Of a stretch of 64,000 nt of DNA, positions 1 to 13,280 are shown piece by piece (within the stretch, counting starts at the first letter, position 1; each line of letters starts with the position of its first letter). Under the pieces are notes generated by a model. The model saw only the letters and a list, made by a program, of their open reading frames with translations, had not been told where the DNA came from and ran no database searches. Origin of the DNA: Selaginella moellendorffii. Its lineage: Eukaryota; Plantae; Lycopodiophyta. The stretch is taken from assembly GCF_000143415.4 (NCBI RefSeq), contig NW_003314262.1, forward strand, positions 1,991,046-2,055,045, in the 5' to 3' direction. The translations under genes were made by a program, and so were the position numbers.

Positions 1-2480
1 GATTGGCCTTGTCGAACGAAGCTAGGAAGTCACTCCAGTCCCACTCTGCTGCAGGACCAATAACAAGGGCGAGTGTGAAGATGCGGACATTCGTTGGTAT
101 CTTCTTCTTAGCCATTATCCCATGGATCTCCCGCATCTCCTTGCCTTTCAACCGAGCCTTCACCTCGTTCAAGGCCTTCTAGAACTTGTGATAGGATTCG
201 GAGTCGTAGATCATACAGTGGACTGAAGATTCCACCTCTGCAAGTCCCACCATTAAGTTAATGATGGAGCTGACTTCGTTTGCATGAGTGATCTCCTCGT
301 TTGTGAAGTACATCACACAAAAGATGTTCTTGACCTGCTCATCTCCGCAGGAAACGATGCTCCTCCACCTTTGATCCTCATCCGAATTCAAGTATACCCG
401 GTAAGGTTCTCGATAGGCCTCTGCTGCGGGGTCGAGCTGTTTCTGAAGCTGGCGGTCGACATCACTCTTAATGAAATTTGGATACTGATCCAACTTCTCA
501 GCTTTACTTTTCGTGGCATCCCGCAGCAGATCGATGAACTTGGGGGCCCCCTTCACGTACTCGTCGATGTCTTCATTTGACAAATCCAGCGCTTCCATCA
601 TCTCTTGCATGGTGTCGATGCTCACCCTCTCCACGGCCACTTGCTCGAAGATCCAATCCTTCAATAGCGCACGAGCTCTCAGAGTCGTGCACAAGTCCTC
701 GTATGTCACAATATGGCCGGGAGTCATTTTGGTCTTGTTGAAGACTACCTCACCACGTAGAAGAGCATTAGCCACTATCAGAAGGTCGTTGTCGTCTAGA
801 GACCGCGAGAAACGCAAGGCGTTGAGCTTCAAATCATTGGGCTTCCGGCCGTCCTCCACACCCATTGAGTTTGGCAACTCCCCGTCATGGTACCTCCTCA
901 GCACATCTACCCATTTGTCATAAACAACTTTTGTCGCGAGTAGAATGTTATGGATGCTGAGTGTGTCATTGACCCCCAGTGTTTTTGAGAGAAGACTCGA
1001 GAATTCCTACAATGGAAATGGCGTGAGGCCACATGCTATGCCACATGCAACGAGGCTTACCTGCCAGGCGCTAGTTGCTAGTGCACGTCCTTGTCCTGGT
1101 TTTTGTGGCTTCTTCAGTTGAACCCAGAGCTTCCGTGTTCGTCCCAATGTCTTGTGCAGACCCGATTTGTAACACATTTCTTGCTTGACATTCTGCGTGT
1201 GGGAGATGTATATGATAGATCGGAGGGGCGAGTTGCCTTTTATCAGGCGGACAACTCTTGTCTTGAAGACTTTCTTCACCTCCTCACCCACCATAATATC
1301 CACAACTATCTCTTGCATCGCCAAGCTAGAATGCTGCCCGGAGACGGCATAGAACCGGATGTTCTGATCGTCCAACACCTTCCTATTGATCAAGTCTGGA
1401 AACCTCGTCTCGCCCTTCATTGTTCGGTAGTAGGGGATCACGTCTGCGATGTCGGGTGTTACTGGACTTGCCAGCATCTTCTGCTTCAGTTTCTCCACCC
1501 ACTCATCAGATACTAGCCTGTGGTTGTATTTGCTTTGGATGTCGATACGGCTCACGTCGATTGTATATACTTTGTTGGAATAGTAACAAGTACTATTATC
1601 TGTGACGATTTTTGCTGCCTCTTCTTGCTCTTTCTGCTCTTTGCGGCTCTTCTTTTTGGTGGGTGTAGTGTTCGAACCCGAGGCAATGGCATCACCGAGT
1701 AGCTTCTTTTTTGGAGGAGAGTCGGACGTCGGCTTGAGTTTGACCACCCTTTTCTGCTTCGGGGTAGTTTCCAGATTGACCCCCTTCCCCTTCGCTTCGC
1801 GAACTGGAGGCACTCTCAACGGCTCAATGTTGGAATATAGTTTTTGAACATCGCCGTAGGTGAGGTCTGTGGATTCCATGTGATCTTCATAGACCCGCAG
1901 CGTCTTTGAAATTGTGGGCTTCCTGGAAAACCTCTCCCTAGCTTCCTCTAGGAATTCCTCATAGCCGCTGCCCCCCTCCTAGAAGCCGCTAGGATGTGCA
2001 AGGTGGATCTTGAAGGCAGACGCTGTCTCTACCACAAGTGCCAGTCCATATTCTTGCATGGAACTGCATGGAGTGTCTATCACTTGGATGAGGATCCCCA
2101 TGCATTCTTTTCTCCCACCATCTGTGTTGTACAACCTCAGATCCTCGCCTTCCATCCCGAAAGTCCAACTGGTGAGCTCCTCCCCCTTCTCTGCATCCAC
2201 ATTAACAGTGGCTGGAAGAAGAACACAATTCCTCGCCTGTTCAGAAATGCACAACAATTAGAGCTGACAGATGAAAAGCTAGCAGTTGGAAATAACGTGA
2301 GGCCACACGCTATTCACCACTGCATCAGATGTCTTGAGGCTGCATCCTAAGATGGCGTGAGGCTACACGCCATCTGTAACCGGACTGCACTCGAGAGCCC
2401 AATCGGTGCATGCCAATGTTGCTACTGAATGGCATGTGGCCTCATGCCATTTTCTATTTGGCCTAAAAGACTTACCATTT
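1..2480 (-). pseudogene. Cargo gene of copy 1 (ParB-like + methyltransferase-like), 5' part, disrupted
   Basis: ORFs 1979-2257, 1007-1879 and 179-904 match the copy-2 cargo protein. TCG>TAG at 1979-1981 and TGG>TAG at 179-181 truncate it. Confidence 0.85.
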
Positions 2481-3677
2481 GAAGCCGAATGGAGGCGTGA
2501 CAACCGAACTCGCTAGCAAATGTGCACTGTGTGTGCAGCGGATCGTAGCAGCAAGGCTACTCTGCCACTTACAGTTGGAGAGTGGCGCTGAAATCTCCCA
2601 GGACGCCAAGTGGGCTGCGTGTGGGTGGCGGAGTGGGTGGCAGAGTTGGCGGCGAAGTTACAAATTGGGTGTGTCTTGAAGTGGACGCCGATGCACACGA
2701 GCGCGATGCGAGCGCGAGTGGACGCCGATGCACACGAGAAACCTGTAGAGAAGTGGGAGTGCGAGTGGGAGCGCGATGCGAGCGCGAGTACGAAGCAAAA
2801 TGCAAAACCTAACCTCACACGCGCGAAATGTCACGACGGTTGGTAATCCTGCCACGTCATCATTCCTCGGACTTGGGCGCCACCATTAATTTCTGGATCG
2901 CCGCGCGCATGCGTGAAATCCAAAAGAAATCCGCAACGTCATCATTCCTCGGACTGCATGCACGCGAAATCCAAAAGAAAGATCATGATTGGGATATCAT
3001 TTAATACCCTCGCTATATTTATACCATGCATGATTGGATATTCCAAAGCATTTTGTATTTCCAAAAATGCCAGATATTCAGCTAAATAAATTGTCAGAGG
3101 ATTTGATGTGACGTTCAAGCGTGTGGGCTCATGCAATTTTGATCCCAAAAAATGCTCGGCGTCATCTGGCGTTATCTCTTGAATGGCGTGGGGCCGCATG
3201 CCATTTTCAGGAGCACATAGGAGTATATTCCTAGAATATTCTAACACGCGCGAGATTGTTTTGAGTTTCCTGGAGATCCAACCGTTAGATCGCAACTAGA
3301 TTTTACAGAATGGTATACAATATCCTTCTTGATGACCCTGCAAAGAAGCATCTCGATCGGACACCACATGAGACCACACGAGCCTTACAATGTTTCAAGG
3401 GCATTTGCCATAGATCCGACCGTTATTTTGCTCCAAGATTCTACAGTTTGGTGTGCATTGACCTTTCCATCGACACTGCAAAGGGACATCACAATCAAAT
3501 GCGGGATCACAAGAAACCAACTTCACTAACTTTGGTTTCACCAAGATCTACGTAAGGAGTTATAAAATTAAAGGACCCTTTCTATTGAAATGTGTTTATG
3601 GTCTTAGGGGCATTGTGACATATCAAAGGATTTTGCATCAAGTTCTGTATTTGCATGTTTATCAAGCTACTGAATTG

Positions 3678-3702
3678 CTAAACCCTAAACCCTAACCCTA
3701 AA
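3678..3702 (-). repeat. Short plant telomere-type repeat (CCCTAAA)n / telo-box cluster inside the transposon intergenic region
   Basis: ctaaaccctaaaccctaaccctaaa; same tract at 32916-32947 and 33793-33818 in copy 2. Confidence 0.85.
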
Positions 3703-4988
3703 CATGTGGCAAATGCTGCGTGAAGAAAGATGCCCTTTCTGGGCAAATGCTGTAAGAGGCAAATGCCGAGCAGATGTATCTCAGGCTAGCGAAGGGGACA
3801 AACGAAAGCTAGCTATAAACATGATGGGATGCAAATAGATTACTAGGCTGGTCCTGCGAAAATCAAAAACCATAATTGAAAACATTGAAAATGCAAAAAG
3901 AAAGGTTTATAATATTTTTGAATTTTAAGCAACCAAAGGAATGTAAGTAGGGCATGTGTTTGTAAGTTTAAAAATGCCTCAACCACTTAAATTCCCAAGT
4001 AAATAAAGCTGTTTCTATTTTTGGTACAGGTAAACTTTATAGCGTGTAGGCTCATGCAATTTTGAACCCAAAAATGCACCAAAAAATGCTCAACTAGCAT
4101 TATTCTTTGAATGGCGTGTGGCCTTATATTGCCATAAATGGACGTACACACACAGCATAATTATTCCTTTACACGGCGAATAATCTTGGCGCGGATCGCT
4201 GACATGGCATGGCAAAGTTCGAATCACTGACATAGCACAGCTAGATCGAGGCAAGGACATGATGTGACAAAGTTCAACCTCCGATAGCAAAGTCTAGAAG
4301 CTACTCAGTTTGAAATTTGTCAGAGGAATCATAAGATCTGGTTTGTCAGAGGATTTGATGTGACGTTCAAGCGTGTGTTATTTTTGAATTCTCGAACTCA
4401 TTCCTAGGTCTATCATTTTTGTGCGCCATGTTCTTGGTTCCGCTGAGCGCAGTGAGCGCTGCTTGTGTAAGCGGCGTTGTGAGCTGTGGTTTATGCGTCT
4501 ACAAGCGGCTGCGACATTGCGAGCGCCATTGCAAGCGGCAGTTTATGCGAGTGGCAGTTTGTGCGAGCGGCGCTACGAGCAGTTGCGGTATTGCGAGCGG
4601 CGCTACGAGTAGTTGCGGTGTTGCAAGCGGCACTGTCTTTGGTGTGGCTACCATTTCCTCTTGATATTCGGCACTTGTGCTTCTTGGTATGTTCACCATG
4701 GAATGGTTTAGGACCACATTTAGAAATGGCATGAGGCCACATGCCATCTTGGGCCCTTGCAATTTCATGGCTAGCGTATTGTCATGTATGTTTTTACTTG
4801 CCTGCAGCTGTGTGTATATCAAGATGGCATGAGGCTTCATGCCAATTTTGTGAATGCGAAATTTCACGTGGGTGTCAATAGCATGTTTGAATAATGGCAT
4901 GTGGCCTCATGCTATTTGGTATGTTATGATTTAGGCCATTCTCCAATCATTTTTTGTATGGTCTTAACTTCTTTTTTGCACTTTCAGA

Positions 4989-7900
4989 ATAGCCTTCAGG
5001 GTTGGGGAAAAGGTTTACATTTTGAATGGTGGGAAGAGAGTTGCAAAAGGGACCCTTGTGTCTATGGATCGGAACTTTGTNNNNNNNNNNNNNNNNNNNN
5101 NNNNNNNNNNNNNNNNNNNNNNNNNNNNNNNNNNNNNNNNNNNNNNNNNNNNNNNNNNNNNNNNNNNNNNNNNNNNNNNNNNNNNNNNNNNNNNNNNNNN
5201 NNNNNNNNNNNNNNNNNNNNNNNNNNNNNNNNNNNNNNNNNNNNNNNNNNNNNNNNNNNNNNNNNNNNNNNNNNNNNNNNNNNNNNNNNNNNNNNNNNNN
5301 NNNNNNNNNNNNNNNNNNNNNNNNNNNNNNNNNNNNNNNNNNNNNNNNNNNNNNNNNNNNNATCCAAGAGATGCGGTTGCTAATCAAGAATTGGGCTGGG
5401 ATGATATTGGAGTTGCGATTTTAGAGGTTGTTGACACAGAAGAAAACAGTCTGACTATTGGAAGCATTGTGCGGTGGAAATTGAGGCATTTAGTGTTTGA
5501 GAATGTGAAGGATTCACAATCAAACACCACTACAACTGATGACAGAACATCTCTTCATGGGAAAAGAAAGTACACCTTCCTACAGTGCAGCCAAAGGGAT
5601 CTGAGCAACGAACTGAAAAGGCAGAAAATGGCGATGGAGGTTCGAATGGTCTCGACAGTTGCTTGTTGCAAGAGGAGGTGCTATCAACATGCTGATTGGG
5701 ATGCTATTGAAGAGGAGAGAGCAAGATATAAGACATTGTCCTGGAAGGCAGCTCTCAATTTTGTGTATGAGGCATTACGGTCATCTGTTGATGCTTTAGA
5801 ACATCAGGTGGGGGGCATGGTCTTCCAGAGGGGTTTGGTCTGCATGAAGGTATGGAGAATCATTTATGGAGTCCCTCGAAGCACATTCTACAGAATCAAA
5901 ATTGAGTTCAAGGAACAAAGGGTTCAACAGGCAGTCCATGGGAACGACGGTACGCACAAAACCAGGGGTCATGTTGTATATGGAGAGGCAATCTTCAAGA
6001 GGTTTGTCGAGACATGTAGTGAGTAGCAACCACATAAAACCCGCCTCTTGGAAGATGGAACACGAGACACCCAACGAGTTCTCCCTTCCATGTATACCAA
6101 GGGGGCCATATTGGAAGATGTGAATCGGGAACTCTAGAGTAATGGCTACAGGAAGCTGAGCCAATCTAGATTTAGTAGATTGTGGAGCAACAGGTTCAGA
6201 GATGTGAGTATAGGAAAGTACTCCAGCTTTTCAAAGTGTGACGAGTGCACTGCTATCAAAATGGCTTTGTCAAAGAATTCTTGCAGCGCTCAAGAGCGAG
6301 AGACGTTGGTTAGAAGGCTGCTCGACCACAACATCGAGCAGAGAAGCTGCAGGACTGCATATTATTATAACAGAATTCTCTCCATGGAGAGACCTGACTC
6401 TTACCTCTGCATCATCCACGACAAAATGGACCAGAAAAAGACGTGCTTACCTCGACTCAATCCTGCCCCCAAGGCAATCTCTTCATCCATGCAACTACCT
6501 GTGTCTCTGTTTGGCATAATCGCTCATGGGCATGGTGCCCAGAACTATGGGAACTTCTTTGTACCTCTATGGGGTGGCGAGGGTGCAAACATGATGATTG
6601 CGTCCCTAGCAAAACACTTAAGGTCTCTGCAAAGTGCGCAGACTGAGCTGAACGGCCAACCCTTGCATAAGGCCCTTGTCGATCGAACCCCATACAGGGT
6701 TCAGTTGGAGGAGGAGCAAAGGCTTGCAGTATCGCGTGGGGCCCCATGCCATCCCAGTGAATATGTTGGCCGTCAGATTGTAGGGTTATCACGTGAGGCC
6801 TTATGCCATTCCGACGAGGCTGGTCGCCCGATGAATGCACAGCCTCATCCAAACGAAGCAGAATCTCAAGGAAGTTCTTGCGGCCAATGTGGCCTTCCAC
6901 CCCATCTTCTGCTCCAAACAGACAATGCTGGTAGTGAGAACAAAAACATGTACGTCTTCGCGTACTTGGCGATGCTTGTTGCCAAAGGCATATTTGAAAC
7001 GGTTACACTTGGCTTTCTCATGGTTGGGCACACTCATGAAGACGTCGATGCCATGTTCAGTCACCTGGCAGAGTCCCTCCGGCGATCCAATGTCCTCACC
7101 CTCCCACAACTCTACGATGAATTCTAAAATTGCATCAAAGGCACTGTTGAAGCTGCACTTGTGACAGAGGTTCCAGACTTTAAGGGGTTTGTAAGAGGCT
7201 ACATCAGGGACGGATCCGAAACGCTGATTGGCCACTCCAAGCCTCTTCAGTTTCATTTCAGCATGCGTGACGGTGCTCCAGTGATGAGGTACAAGATGAG
7301 AGAATGGGACACAGTGTGGCTGCTAGTGGATGGCATTGAACTCTTCCAGAGAGATCCCATAACTGAGGAACCTATGATTCCTCAGGGTTCCCCACGGCCG
7401 ATGCACCCGGATGGACTCAAAGACCAGGAAAGTATAGTGGCCGGGATTAGACAGCATATTGCTTTCTGGAAGAGGGGGTTGGTGTTTGGTGAAGAATCCT
7501 ATTTTAAGAGGTGCAAGCCTTTGCTCGAATACTGGGAGAAGATTATATCTGCTATCCAAAATGGGCCGGTTGTATATGAAGAATTGGAAGAGTCCTTTTG
7601 GCCAGAACCCAGAGCACCAGATAGTAGCGGAACAATGTCCTCTGGAAATGCAGTGACAGATAACGATGTTGAGGATCACTATTGTGGGCCGAGGAACAAG
7701 AAGCCGGATTCAGCATTCAATCCAGTACAGGTCTGCAAAGGAATGGTCATGCTTGTCAGACCCAGTAATAAAAAACAAATGATATGGGTGGGGCGCTGCA
7801 TCACTGATGCAGAGGAAGACGCAGAAACTAACTCCTTCAATGTAACTGTGGAGTGGTTCAAGCCAAGTTCCGGATATACGAAGGATTGCCTAGAAAAGAG

Positions 7901-8057
7901 ATGGGTGCTGAATCCAAGGGATCCCAACATGAACATATCGGTGGATAATGTTGTGCATGGTTGGATGCGGAAGCAGAGTGCCACTATCACCTTGCCAGAC
8001 CATGCAAGAGATGCAGCAAGAGCATTCATAACCCGGGTTCAAGGTGAGATTCATTAA
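4989..8057 (+). pseudogene. Sola-like transposase, disrupted
   Basis: Collinear with 28354-31422. Start ATG>ATA (4989-4991) and stops at 6024-6026, 6135-6137 and 7125-7127. N gap at 5081-5360. Confidence 0.9.
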
Positions 8058-8856
8058 TATTCCTTTACTAAGTTTCTAATGTATTTTATTTCAAGGTGAA
8101 CAATCCGAATCTGAATCAGAGGAGGCGTGATGGCATGGCGTGATGGCATGAGGCGTGAGGCGTGACACCAAAAAGAAGGTGTCCACTAGCGCTTAGGCTT
8201 ATAATGGCGTGTGCCCTCATGCCATTTACTTGATCACCAAATACCTTTTTCCCTTTGCACTAGTATATCTTAATACCGGTCTGAGAAATAGAATGGCATG
8301 TGCCCTCAGGCCTTTTACTAAATCACCTTTGAAAGAAATGCAAGCCTCTATGTCGTAAAAAAAAGGTACTAGAGAAATTCCTTAATAATATGAATGTTAT
8401 TTAGTTTCATGAAAATACACTAAGGGTCAAATGAGTTAAATGACTTCTCCAGACTAGCAATGCCTCTTGCTACACCTTCACAATTAGATTCGTTAGAAAA
8501 AGATAACATTGAATAATATCTAAATGTTCTCACCATTAAGTTATATGTCTGGTTAATAGGAATGACGTTCATCTTGGAAAGCTCACCACACGCTCAATGA
8601 ACAAACAAATAGTGTGTGCGCGCATGCCATCGCTCTTCTTTAGCTTCAGATTCGGCTTGTTCACTTTGACAATGAGATTTATTATACAACCAGATGGACT
8701 CAGTCTGGACACAAAGTCACTGCGCTAGTCACCATGCCCCAGATATGTCTAGCCCCTGGACAAAAAACATATAATTTCACGTCATTTTCAAATACTTGAA
8801 AATTTGTACCTAGTCCCATTTTACTGAATAAATCCCACTTTAACGAAATAGAGTTT

Positions 8857-11800
8857 CTATGTGGAGTTGTTAGTAGGAGGAAGTTGGTTGAGTCTTGAAA
8901 GTTTGCAATTCTGGATTGAGAGTCATTCTTTCTCTAGGATGGAAAATTTTCCACAAATTTTCTTAGACTTTTCCAATGGCTGATTTATTGATCACTGTGC
9001 TCGAAAACCATTCCGTTTTCGTAAGCCGATACAAACTAGTAAAGGGGTTAAAGTTGACTTCAGTTAGCTTAGACCTTGGTAGATAGTTTGTATGATGCGA
9101 CCCGAAAAGGATGCTAACTTTTGGGGCTAAAGCAATTGAGTTGGATGGAGTCTGGAGTTGGTGTAGAAAAGTGGCTGTTGCGCTTTTCTAAGAAAGGTGA
9201 CCCTTGTGCCTTTCTTTTGTAGCGTTGTGCTTGGTGGCAGGTTGCACCTTGCATTACGTTAGACTCTACGAAAGTAGTGAGCTCTCACTGATCTTGACTT
9301 AGTCTTGGTGGCCCTGTGCCTTGGCTGAGGATGGTGATGTCCAATTTAGTTGTTTGAGGTTGCGATGTTGGTACCCGTACTATAGCTTTGTCTATGAGGA
9401 GGTTGTGTACCAATATGAGTCCATCTCATGGTCTTCACTTTAGTTTTGACTGAGTGTTGATCATGCATAGCTAGCCTCTTCAAGGCATGCTTAGAGCTAT
9501 TGACTAGGTGTGTTGGTGAGCTTATCGCAGTTGAGTTGGATTTGAGTGGTCATTTAGTTTGTGCTTGTCTATGAACTTTTATCTCATACCTGGGGTATTA
9601 TGTTTATGTTGGATAAGTATGTGACTTGATGACAAGAGTTGGTGTTTGGGTCTTGTGAACGCAAGTTGAGGATTGTTAGTTGCTTTGCGACTAGTGATTA
9701 CTTGTAGACTTCATCAAGGACCATTGACACTTGCTTTGCTCGATGATGATTTAGCAGTGATGGGCTTGCTTTACCAGATGGTATTGCGGAGGATCGTGTC
9801 ATTAGGCTGGCATGGTTTTTTTTTTCCATGTTGGCATATCAATTCCTTTGTCGATATCATTTGGTTACGTTTGGTCTATAGTGTTGGATTTCATTGAGTC
9901 TTGGATGTGGTGATTCACTCCTTGATGATGTGTTATCTGTCACTGAGTTTTGCTAAAGGATTGGTCTCGGATACTAAGTATAGTATCTTCGACTTTGGTT
10001 AGCTTGGTTGCTGGAAAGCTCTGAGTGGTGATTCACTCTTGCTTTCTTCTAGCTTTGTCCTGATGTTGATGGCATTGAAGTGATGCCTTGTCATTGATAT
10101 TGTTGATATTGAGACTTGAGTGAAATGAAATGTCTTTCCTTAGGATTGATATTGAGTTTCATTAGTCTTGATGAAAAGTGTTAATGATTTGGCTTTAGCT
10201 TTGTGTTGTTGGCATTCATGCATTTGCTAGTTAGCAACTGTGTTGACGTTCATATGAACTGAGTGGCAAGTTGAGTTAGTTGTGTTCTCAATGAGTTTGT
10301 TTAGTAAGGGTTGAGCTTTAAGCTTGTCCTTGAAAAGTGATTCAGTCGTGGACTATGCTAACTCTACAAGCGAAAGAGTTAGTGATCAATATTGGAAAGT
10401 TTGAATCCTTATTGGGTTTGAATTGGAATATATTGATCATTGATGATTCCCCTTGTGCTTGTTACGATGTGAGCTACGTCTTGCTATAGATGGATTTATA
10501 GAGGATCGATTAGATTATCACTTGTTGAGCATAACTTCGTTATACTTGGCTTTTGGATTGATGCAGACATGCTCTTCATTAACTTTCACATTATGAAGTT
10601 TAGCTTATGGATGTATTGAAGCGGATATTGTGGTTCTACCATGATTTCTTCTTTAGCATTGAAGTTAGTTCGTGCGAGACTTGTGATCATTGTTAGGCAA
10701 GACTTGGCTATAGGCTTCTTCAAACTTTTGGTCCTTTGAGTTTATTATGCTCATTGTTTCATTTGTTATAAGTTGTTGGGGGGGAAGGCATTTTTTGCTC
10801 TTTAGCTTCGATGTACAAGTTAGTATTTGCATTTAGCAATCATTGGTGATGATTGACTATCATCTAGGATAATTGATTATCCTTATACGAGGTTTTGCTT
10901 GATTATCGTTGATCTAGATTGATTTGCTATTCTTCGGGATGGTGGATTCTTTCTAAGACGATGATTCTGCATATCTCTTATTGATGGGATGATTAATGAT
11001 CTTTCATGATGGTTAGTTGTTCTCTTTGATAGCTTATGGCTTTTTGCAATACCACAAGTTGTTTGTGGTTTGCTTTGGATTGGTCTCTTAGGTTTGAGAC
11101 ATTAGTAGGATGTTGCTGACACTTGCTTAGGCAACTTAAGTTCCTTAGTGTTGTTGGCTGGGATCTATTCGAATTGGCTAGTGCAATGGTTAATATGAAC
11201 AAGCGTTTGTTTGCTTTGCAACATTCATTTTGTTCTGTTGATTATTGCTCGAGTTAGTTCTCATAGATTAACATGTTATTTCCTTCGGGTGATACATTCG
11301 CGAGCATTGTGCTTGTTAGTCAATGATACTTTGTGTTCTTTGAGTTGTGTTTTGTGAGTTGTTTGGCATGCTATCTGCCATTTTCGGTAGTTCAGTTTTA
11401 TCATTGAGTTTCCTTGATAATCTACTTGCTATTGAATTTTGTTGGATGGTGATTCCTATGTTTACCAATTATAATGATCTTGGTGGTTCCTATACTATAA
11501 TACTAGTTTATCGGATGATAACTTATTTGGAATACATTTGTGTTCTCATCTAAGCTTTATTCACTGATAATTACTCTAAGATATCATTGTTTATGACTTT
11601 GGTATAATCCCTATATATTGATATTTGAGTTTGGGCCAGTATAGGCAGATTGGCTTCGGCACTTTGTGTGCATGTTGAAATCTCTAGTCATGGGGTAGCT
11701 ACTGTCGACTGGTCACATCACCCGCCTCTCTGTCGATGTTCCTTATTTTGGTGAAAGGGCATGATCGTGTAAACAACTCTAAACTGCCTGTTGACAGTAG

Positions 11801-12157
11801 TCTATCTAAACCTTACCGACGGGTTTGGTTTCTTTGCTCAGGAGGGTTAGGGCCTCTGGCTTCTCTCTCTATATCTCTGTGAGCAGGGGCGTATCACATG
11901 TTTGTAGCTGGGTGACACCCAGAGCAGCAAGGGTGGCTGACTCCATTGGTCATTTCCTTGTCGGCGACGGCCGGAAGGTGTCTGAGCTGGTAGCGCATCC
12001 GCGTTAGACAAAGAGGTTGCCCCTTAACTCATTTAAGTTGGTGCATTTCTCACATAGTGTGAGTACCGTGAACTTTTTCTGGAGTTGTTTCCTTGGCGGT
12101 ATTCTAGACTCAAGTATGCATCGACGAGGACGTCGATCTTCCCCAAGGGGGGGAGAG
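8857..12157 (+). mobile_element. Degenerate internal region of an LTR retroelement family (no intact ORF)
   Basis: Homologous to ~40520-42430 (+), ~25800-26290 (+) and 43734-48146 (-). Ends in PPT aagggggggagag (12145-12157) directly before an LTR. Confidence 0.7.
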
Positions 12158-13280
12158 TGTCGCAAATGTGACTTCAGGTATCGAAAGTTATCTGTCGGCC
12201 AGTCCTTACGGACACTCTTACCTTACTGCCACGATGGCAGGAGGTCGGTATTGCTGGACCCTTTATTAGTCCCTCTTGTTCAAGTGTTAGTCAACGGGGC
12301 TTAGCATCTGTACTTGGCTGGATGAGCATAAGGAAGGAATTCCTAAGTGTCTATTTAGCTGAGCATACTCGGCCCGGCTTTTTAGTTCTCTTTTGCTCTG
12401 TCTTGCACTGGCTTGACAAGAACCCTCGCGTATTGAGATTGGTCCCTCAATATCGCTGGATGATAGCTTACCGTGTCTGCCAAACACCCTCGCTATCATG
12501 CCCTTTGTGTTAGTCTCATTTTGGTCCCAAATGCTATTTATGGAAAGTGTCCAGATTTGCTCATTTGGCATATCTACGGAATGTAAAGATCGGCCTGAAC
12601 ACAATGGTGTTCGTCCCGTGTCCAAATTTGCAATCTAAGGACATTATTTAGTAAGTTTCGAGCTTGTCCCAGAGACTAACTCTTAATACTAAAGGAGGCT
12701 TGGGGTGAAAGCCCAAAGCGTGTGTTCCTCAAGGAGGGGGGGGGTGCTGTGGGGGGTTCCGTAGGGATAGTGGGTAGGTCGGGCATGGCCGACCAACCTG
12801 AGGCATAGTCTAGCTCCCGCTTGCGTGCCTGTCCTTGTTCTGCGTCCGGCTTGGGTCTAAGCCCAAGTTCCATTCCATGCTAGTTGGTGGAGTACCTATA
12901 TCTTCGCGTTAGGCCACCGGTATGCCGAAATAGTGCCAGACTCCGTTTGGCTCTGTTTTGCGTGCTAGTCTTGGCATTGGGATGCTGGTTGCTCCAGGAC
13001 TGTTCCAAGTCGCCCCGGGCCCCTGTCCCTTCGCTCCTTGGGCTATATGCTCGAGAGTTGCTTTGTGGTTCGGTTCCATCACTCCTTGGCTCACGCTTGG
13101 GAGTTTGGCACCGTTCGTTCATTTAGTGGCCCAAGGCCCTGAACCTCAGGTTCTTATGGACACGTGGCATGTGACACGTGGCATCTGTCACGTGGCACAA
13201 AGAGGGTTTAGGTTCCGCTTCGTGGTGTTATCCTATGGTAAATCACCATAGGATAAAGGGTCAAAACCACGTGCGCTACA
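12158..13280 (+). repeat. Composite LTR (TGTCGC...GCTACA, ~1.1 kb) with an internal poly-G PPT-like tract at ~12731-12744
   Basis: TG...CA termini and an upstream PPT. Homologs at 42604-43733 (-), 53081-54001 (-, followed by a PBS), 48147-48675 (+, partial) and 61168-61895 (-, partial). Confidence 0.8.

Larger units (their letters stand above)
1..8856 (+). mobile_element. Sola-like DNA transposon, copy 1 (left part outside window, pseudogenised)
   Basis: Near-identical inverted copy of 27666-~37520. Ends in TIR TCCCACTTTAACGAAATAGAGTTT (8833-8856), one C>T from the copy-2 TIR. Both genes carry premature stops. Confidence 0.9.

Noticed and set aside
4901-5424. ORFs spanning the N run (also 48914-49489)
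   Set aside because: Artefacts of assembly gaps at 5081-5360 and 49015-49115.
12690-12730. Hammerhead ribozyme (retrozyme) around the GAAA hairpin
   Set aside because: No CUGAUGA core found at a compatible position.
12876-13251. Recurrent ~60-136 aa ORFs (also 13711, 42695, 61051)
   Set aside because: They lie within LTR copies; recurrence reflects repeat copy number and the frames are not preserved between copies.
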